NCBI GenBank assembly: GCA_963693365.1
Contig: CAVNZM010000014.1
Location: forward strand, 4,030,001-4,094,000
Length of the DNA: 64,000 nucleotides
Origin: Amoebidium appalachense
Lineage: Eukaryota; Protista; Ichthyosporea
Direction of reading: 5' to 3'
In this document: one piece after another, positions 47,511 through 64,000 of the stretch
Layout: every line of letters begins with the position of its first letter
Position numbering within the stretch: the first letter of the stretch is position 1
Notes under the pieces: model-generated
The model's input: the letters and a program-made list of their open reading frames with translations, nothing else
The model's database searches: none
What the model was told of the DNA's origin: nothing
Position numbers and translations under genes: made by a program

Positions 47511-48395
47511 ACACAGCCTCCACCCCTTGCCCCCCACATAGACACATCACACACACACGCACACCCTCCCTGCCTTGCCCCCAACTTACACACACCATCA
47601 CACACACACACCCTCAACCCCTGCCTTTACTACACACATCTTCACACACACACACCCTCTCCCCATCACCCCCACACATAATCACACACACACCCCCACT
47701 CCCCCCTGCAGGCACGTACCCAGGGCCTTTATTGATTGGTTGATTTTGTCGCGGCGGCATTTCTCCGTGGCCTTGTGACTGTCCTTGTAGCGCTTGGTCT
47801 GTTTGGCAGGCACCCAGTCCTGGCCCTTGTTCCTGCGCACAGGTCAGCACACACCCACGTTAAAAGGTGCCTAAACGCAGGAGGGACGGGGCTATGATGG
47901 GTGATGAAATGGGGAGTGAGAGAGTAAACCACGGAGCAGGATGACAGGGCAAAGGAGAGGGGGATGCAACATTGCCCGATGTGTTGTGTGTGTGTTTGTG
48001 TTTGTAAAACTGAGTGAGTGTGAAGGTACGTGCCCACTGCCCACATACCAAAGGGCACCTAGGTGTCCTTGGGTTGCTGTATGCCTATGCACTATTCGTA
48101 GTCCCCGATCAAACATTACTCTGCAACTCCGATGGCTCAAAGAGACCATGTGTACCGTGTTTCATCCATCTATCTGTGGTAACACAAACAGGCTCATCTA
48201 CGGTGCACTTGTGCCTATCATTGTAAACACACATACACCCATGGCGGCAAAAACATGCTTCCTCCATTGCACACTACCAGCCCGAGTTACGTACCCTCTC
48301 CTGCCCCTCCCCTGGCCGCCGCTCTCTGAGGCGGTGTCGCCGTCCGACTGGTCGTCATCCATGGGCATATCCTTGAGGTCTTCGTCGCAGTCCAT
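40615..48395 (-). CDS. bHLH-PAS transcription factor, ARNT/BMAL-like (bHLH, PAS-A, PAS-B, coiled coil, Pro/Gln-rich tail), 11 exons; apparent 1-nt frameshift in the last exon
   Basis: Approximate exons 48294-48395, 47720-47832, 47246-47340, 46113-46253, 45721-45867, 45278-45411, 44298-44457, 43011-43179, 42643-42733, 42302-42385, 40615-41639. bHLH SHKATEKCRRDKINQSIKALAEMVPACCSRLSKPDKLTVLSQTVDYIKGL. PAS-A GQIIHTSPSWKSVLGL..GQNISDLIHPHD. PAS-B EFSSKHNL..TYVSPEVHVLLGYQPDDLLG..ICHPD..YRCKTKAGDYVWLET..FLNPITKRPEFIFC. Confidence 0.88.
44512..44707. mobile_element. Tc1/mariner-pogo-type MITE (~196 bp) in a bHLH-PAS intron
   Basis: Left TA|CAGTCACCCCTCGTTATA; right end reverse complement TA|CAGTCACCACTCGATATA (16/18 match). 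TA is duplicated on both flanks and there is no ORF. Confidence 0.8.
44853..45205. repeat. ~48-bp minisatellite (ACGAGCACGTACCAAATCTCACAGACAGACCGTGATGCAAACAAGCAT) x~7
   Basis: Directly visible. Confidence 0.92.
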
Positions 48396-50893
48396 GTTTG
48401 CGTACGATACAGCCACACTAACCCTGCTTGAATGATTGGCCTTACACGGCCGCTTGCTGGAATTTGGACATAGAGACTGGTCAGCATGGGACACCAAAAG
48501 GCTGCTTAGTAACCACACAAATAGATTGCTCGGCACTGGACATAACAAGGCTGCTCAGCCTGCTTTAGCTAGTGCCGATTTGAAAAAACCTGCACGATTA
48601 AGAAGCCACCAGTGCCCACACACACGTACACGCACACTGGCAGAAGGCACACTATCTCAGCACTGCCACCACATATGCAGGTGCCCACTCCGAATGCAGA
48701 CTGTGTATTGTGCAAAAGGCATGCACAGCAGAAAAACACACACCCTCAATTACACTTGTCATCCAGCACTATCACCTTCCCCTTAAACAATTGCTTATGC
48801 ATGCATACCATAAAATGATGTGTCAACTTCAGCACGATTTTGAAAAGATTGATTCAAGTTTTTGCTGAAAAGACGTGTGCCTGTCAAACCTAAGCGCAAA
48901 CGATAAACGCCAATTTTGCTTATCGAAACTGCTAGCACCTGCGGTGCCCGGATCGGGAAAAGAAGTTTTTGGCAAAGGTACCCTAACGGCAGTCTGCACA
49001 AGCCAAACGTTTTGGTTATTCGAGATACCTGCATCAAGTACGAAACACTTCTTCTGAGCAAATTCAAGTTCAAGATGACCCGTTCCAAGCACTGCAAGTG
49101 CTCACGTATACAAACGGACATGCTGTTGCTTTAAAGTATCGCTACGATGCCGCATGCACCCGCTGTAACCTAAACCTGCATATTTTTAAAGTTGCCCTGC
49201 ACTCTTAGTCCTTTGCATACTATTAGCCATTGAGCAAAACAAGAAAACAAGTTGCTACCGAAAAATGAACACATGAAACACACACCTATATCTGCATTCT
49301 TTGTCTGCGTTCACAGCTTCAGAGGCATAAAAGTAACTGACAGGGGGTTTCAGGCACTGTGACGGCAGCAGTCGAAGTTACACGGGTAAACCTACCTAGT
49401 ACAGGTGTAACCAGAAAACCGTTTGCACGGGACCAGGGTAGCCTCAGAACGTTACGTCACACAATAAGTGTTTTGCCTAACACTCAACTGGATCAAACAG
49501 AGACAGAACACCCCCTGGGTAGCTTCAAGTCACCCTTCCAAGAGGGGGAAAGAACACCCTTGGCAAAGGGAGAAAAAAAAACGGAATTCTAACGAACGTA
49601 TCCACTGTGAAAAAGCCAACGGACTCGGATTCCGTGGCACGGCACCCATTTGGCAGAGCGGCGCATGCACGGCGAAGAGGGAGCGGTCTGACCGTGAGCA
49701 CGGGCGCACGAGCACAAAAAACGATCGACGCAGGCTGTCTGGAATTTCCTCGATCGTGGCGTTGAAGTTGTGTCAGGCATACGGTCCCACGCACGCAATG
49801 ATAGTAAGACAATCAAGCTGGGCTGAGAAGCTTCCCCGGCAGATTTTTGACTTTCTTGTTTCCGTGCCATAATCTATAGCGGGAATGAAAATTAAAGTAA
49901 TAGGTCAACTGGGCTTGCAGTGTAGCTTCCTTGTAACCTTTTTGCCTGCTGGGCACTCCGTGGTCCGGCTCGCAATCGTCTAGAGATCTCGACTCTCAGA
50001 GCTGTCCATATCCCTCGATAGTGTCACATTCCACGCGTGATCATGCTCCTTAGATCTGTGGCGTCACGTACACACAAACGGGGTACCGGTGCGTGTGGCT
50101 CCGAATCACGGGCACGCGTATCTTAGAATAGAGGGTTGCAGTATTTATGAGATCCATACAGCTACACGGTTATATGGTACATGTATAGGAGAAATGACTG
50201 CTTTAGGTACCAAATCATATATTACAGGAAGTGAACAGAAAGCAATAAACTCATTCGCAAGTTCGCAACCCTTGGGAAGCAACCACGCCGATCTGGCGGT
50301 TCGGAAGTCGGGAATTGGCGCGTCGCATTTAGGCAACTTTAGTCACATGTCACGTGAGCCTTGGGACAGTATAACGTTCGGCATAAATATTTCCTGATTT
50401 AGTGCATCAACACATTTAATGAACCAATGTTCTTCCCCCCGCATGTTTTAATTTTTAGTACCTATCTGAGCGAGATTTTGTCAATCTGCGATCGGTATTT
50501 TGTTTTTACTGATTGTCTTTACTAGGCTGCCCCAGGGCAGGAATTATCAACAAGTACTGCACCCCCGCGGCCGCACCCGCCGCGGCCGCAGCTGGCAAGC
50601 CCACGTTACTGTAGGGTACGAGTTTGTGTTCAGTGCAAGCAACGAGGAAATGAGAGACTTCGGTTCAATACGCGTGTTTGTTTAAGCCGTAGAAGTAGCA
50701 TAGTCTTTGGGTTTGTGTCGTACCAGTAGATGTCTCCAAGAATACTTTCATTTGTCTTCTGTAGGCTAGGCACTCAGTGATCTCAGGTTTCTGACGAGCT
50801 GCCTTACTGAACGACCACTTGTCCTTAGATGCTCAACAAGCCAGGGTTCTAACACATCTGTCTTCATTCTAATAGACGTTGTTTAGCTACAAT
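48396..50893. promoter_or_regulatory. Divergent intergenic/promoter region of the bHLH-PAS and PP4R3 genes
   Basis: Head-to-head start codons. About 2.5 kb nearly free of microsatellites and richer in CpG than the introns. Contains GTCACGTG at ~50349 and GTCACGTA at ~50063. Confidence 0.5.
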
Positions 50894-61653
<10,760 letters not shown>

Positions 61654-61756
61654 CCTGAGCCCAGCTATGCATGCACGTAAACGTATTACTACCGTACTGT
61701 ACTAGGTTTGTTTGTATGAGCACTTTCGTATTGAGCAGGTGGTCGTGTCCTGCTCC

Positions 61757-61791
<35 letters not shown>

Positions 61792-62962
61792 GTTTGTTTG
61801 TTTCTTTGTTTTGTAATGCACGAAACAGCCAGTTCATGAATGCACCTAGCGAACACAGGGCTCGCTAGATTCGTGAGCCAACATGCACGCACCTGTAGGC
61901 ATTATGTCGTGTGTGGGCAGGCCCATGTTGGCCTAACCCAGGTGTGAAGGTGACGGCATGAAACGCTGGCTTATATGCCCATATATGCAATATGCTGTCC
62001 TATATGCCCGTATATGGTAATATGTAATATGCTGGCCTATATGCCCATATATGGTAGCATGCTGGCCTAGGCGCCCATACATTGTAACATTCTTCCCTAT
62101 GCGTAATGGAGACGTGTTGGGCTATTACCATATATAGAGGTTGAGGCAGAACACGGCAACCTATGCCCATGTATGGAGGTATGCAGGTAGCGGCAAGCTA
62201 TGCTGGCCGTTACCCGTCGTATGTGGCACGTTGGCGTTATGCCATGTATGTATATGCAGACTGGCTGGCTGGCCCACACGATGGTGGGTGCTGGCCAACC
62301 CCTTCAGTTAGACATTTTATGTCATGATGCAATTTATGTGAGTGCCAATCCTACGGTTTGTTTCTCCATGTTTTACCACTGAGAAAATCCGGCCCTTCAG
62401 TTGGCGGATGTGTGTCTGCACTATGTGACAACGTTGCCAACGTGTGCATGTGCAATACAGTGAGCTATCTTGTGGGGAGCCTCGGCATGCACTGCACCGG
62501 TGACGCAGCTGGACGTGTGCCTTGGCCTGCATGGTCTGCACTGGGTGGCTGCCCTCTCGTGTATTCCCACAACGACTAGCTGGTACATGTGTGCTTCAAG
62601 GTGCCTGCTCGTGCATATGTATATGTACATATGGGGCGCCTGCACCTTAAGGGCACATGCATTGAGCCATTAACTGCACCTTAAGGGCACATGCATTGAG
62701 CCATTAACTGCACATCCTAGCGCTGTTCTGTGGCATTATGTCTGCACGGCAAATTCAGCGGTGGGCTTAGTGGAGGGCACATGCACATACTGTACTGCCG
62801 CTAATATAATTGCGCGATATACATGACGAGATAAAATTTAACTGCCCTGCATGCATATGTGCCACACTACATGCCACATGCAGGCACATGAACATCAGCG
62901 CACACAAATTCTGTGGTGCGGTGGCCACGGGCCGCACGAGCTTGTGCAGACGTGCACATACA

Positions 62963-63872
62963 TCATATTCGATCACCCGTCCAATGCGGGTCCCCACCCG
63001 TGGCCCTGTCTACAGCCCCTGGGCCACTGTGCTCACGTTCACCGGTATCCGTGTTTGGACTTCCGCATTGAATGCGTGACAAATCACTAGCCAACACTGT
63101 GTGTCTGTCTGTGTGTCTGTCTGTGTGACGTATGAGCCCAATGGCTGGCCATGCTGTCACTTTGGGGCATGTTGGCAGGTGTTGTGTTCACGTCAGCTGT
63201 CACCATGCCCTATGGTGCTGTGCTGGGCACTAAAGGCCCAACCTGTCATGTGCCCGTGGTCTGCAGCTGTGACGTCACCATGTGCTGTCAGGGCCCCAAC
63301 GTGGCCTGTGCCCATGCACACGTGCATGGCCCCGGCCAGTTGGGGCCAGCAGGCTGGGGCCCGTGGGACTTTAAAAGGCAAAGGGGAGGGAGAACCAATT
63401 CTCAAATACCCGCTCAGTTGTTACAATAGCATATTGCCACCCACTTAGTCACCAAATATTCACCTTAGCTAATTATAGACCCACCCATCCACCCACTCTA
63501 TTAATCCACGGCCATGCACGTGTCTGCTGCCTCCCTGCTGGCCCTGGCTGCCGTGGCCACGGCACAGGCCCCCTGGTGGGTGCCTGCACGTGCATGTGCT
63601 TGCTGGGCATGGAGACAAACATCAAGTGCACACACACTGCACGCACTCTAGAACACTGTGTTCCCGTTATAGCACACTTCACACTGCATCATAGTCTCAT
63701 GCACTCAATAGAGAGAGACCATTGTAGCATACTTTGTTCTCACTGTGGCACGCTGTGTTGTCACTGTGGCACGCTGTGTTCTCACTGTGGCACACTGTGT
63801 TCCCAATGTGGCACGCTGTGTTCTCACGTGGCGTGCAGGTACACGACCAGCTGCCGGACCAGCGAGGACCAC
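62963..63872 (-). CDS. Last two exons of a gene entering from the right edge (partial, product unknown)
   Basis: ctgcag|G TGG TCC TCG CTG GTC CGG CAG CTG GTC GTG TAC CTG CAC GCC AC|gtgaga (~63872-63828, WSSLVRQLVVYLHAT) is phase-compatible with ggctag|T GAT TTG TCA... (~63086-62963, DLSRIQCG...WTGDRI*). Convergent with PP4R3. Confidence 0.5.
63736..63828. repeat. 21-bp tandem repeat (TGTTCTCACTGTGGCACGCTG) x~4
   Basis: Directly visible. Confidence 0.85.
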
Positions 63873-64000
63873 CTGCAGCTGCAGGCCATCACCCCCACAG
63901 CCCTCAGCCCCGTGCCCGGCCAGCCAATCAAAGTGGTGCGTGCCAAATTGCCGTGCCCAAACATCATTGCATGCCCTCCATGCATTGCTCAGACCCTATA

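Noticed and set aside
63838-63935. Plus-strand exon (YTTSCRTSEDHL...)
   Set aside because: It has no upstream partner, and the minus-strand reading has a phase-compatible terminal exon.

Overview
Eukaryotic, very intron-rich genomic DNA. Introns are packed with (CA/GT)n microsatellites, poly-C/poly-G tracts and minisatellites, so almost all ORFs in the supplied track are low-complexity artefacts. Joining phase-compatible exons by eye gives five complete genes: an intronless Nudix hydrolase (-), a 25-exon protein kinase D-like C1-C1-kinase (+), a Pho8-type membrane-anchored alkaline phosphatase (-), an ARNT/BMAL-like bHLH-PAS-PAS transcription factor (-) and PP4R3/SMEK (+). There is also the 3' end of a sixth gene (-) at the right edge and a possible spliced orphan or non-coding transcript (-) at the left edge. 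Gene content and style suggest a non-animal opisthokont, possibly a unicellular holozoan; this is inference only. The most notable signals are (1) a dispersed, structured, C-run-terminated intronic repeat that lies in the sense orientation of its host gene in every copy recognised, (2) the full bHLH-PAS-PAS factor, (3) two intronic MITEs and (4) an intronless, bacterial-looking Nudix gene. Exon boundaries were read manually and may be off by a few bases.
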